This document shows positions 63,473 through 64,000 of a stretch of 64,000 bases of DNA, piece after piece. Each line of letters opens with the position of its first letter. Position 1 is the stretch's first letter. This DNA is from Octopus vulgaris. Its lineage: Eukaryota. The DNA lies in the NCBI GenBank assembly GCA_951406725.2, contig OX597818.1, positions 21,948,001 to 22,012,000 of the forward strand, given 5' to 3'. Position numbers and translations under genes: made by a program. The notes beneath the pieces were generated by a model that was given only the letters and a program-made list of their open reading frames with translations, did not search any database and was not told the DNA's origin.

Positions 63473-64000
63473 CTCTTTTCTTAACCAATAATAAGAATGA
63501 TAATCATAATCATAATGATTTCTAATATAGACTACATTTTTCTACAAGACTACATTTTTCTACTTTAATCTATCCCAGTAATTAACTGGTGCCTATTTTA
63601 TTGACTTGGGAAGTATGAAATGAGAATAAGTTGGTCCCAGCAGAATTTGAAATCAGAATGTAGAAGCACATTATGAAATACTGCTAGTCTTAATGTTTTA
63701 CTACAGATTTCACTACTACCCTTCCTATTATAATAAAGTTAAGTATTTTTAACAAATGTTGGAGAAAGGTGGAGTCAATTAAATGACCTCAATGCTTGGC
63801 TGTTACTTATTTTGTTGAAAGCAAAGATGATGCTAGCAAGATTTGAAATGTATTAATAAAGATGATGAGGAGGAGGGTTTTGTTTCTAGGGCACTAGACC
63901 TATTTTTTAGAGTCAGTTGAACCAATCAGTTAATTAAAGTATCATAATTGTTGGGTTGTAGCTGCAAATGGTGATGGTAGTTGGGGTTTTTTTTAGGAGT

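Noticed and set aside
63985-64000. TTTTAG|GAGT at the window end as the next SH3 exon
   Set aside because: Phase-2 joining gives K-S rather than the expected K-E-L, and only 4 nt are visible.

Overview
AT-rich, microsatellite-dense animal genomic DNA. The SINE families and repeat style suggest an octopus or other cephalopod, but this is inference. The window lies inside one large + strand gene encoding the invertebrate CAP/sorbin-and-SH3-domain adaptor (SORBS1/2/3 family). Four phase-compatible coding exons can be chained from splice signals: a ~3.7-kb giant exon (ORF 6998, donor after 10718), then 30368-30468, 42070-42155 and 57534-57674. The last of these begins the first SH3 domain (KARALYSFKAQNSK). 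The SoHo domain and the remaining SH3 exons are not in the window. The giant exon carries an ~18-aa tandem repeat with several NPF motifs and a PxxPxR motif. Two frame-preserving microexon candidates (6480-6503, 47704-47748) and a pre-miRNA/ADAR-like hairpin (15061-15151) lie in introns. The introns are full of decayed mobile DNA: an R4/Dong-type LINE in a (TAA)n tract, an RTE LINE 3' half, a mariner remnant, a Merlin (IS1595/ISXO2-like) element, Tc1/mariner and piggyBac-type MITEs, several tRNA-derived SINE families, a degenerate Penelope-type hammerhead motif, and a young 232-bp tandem array joined to an RTE-type 3' tail. Nearly all other ORFs in the track are microsatellite or repeat artefacts. 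No prokaryotic features or CRISPR array were found.
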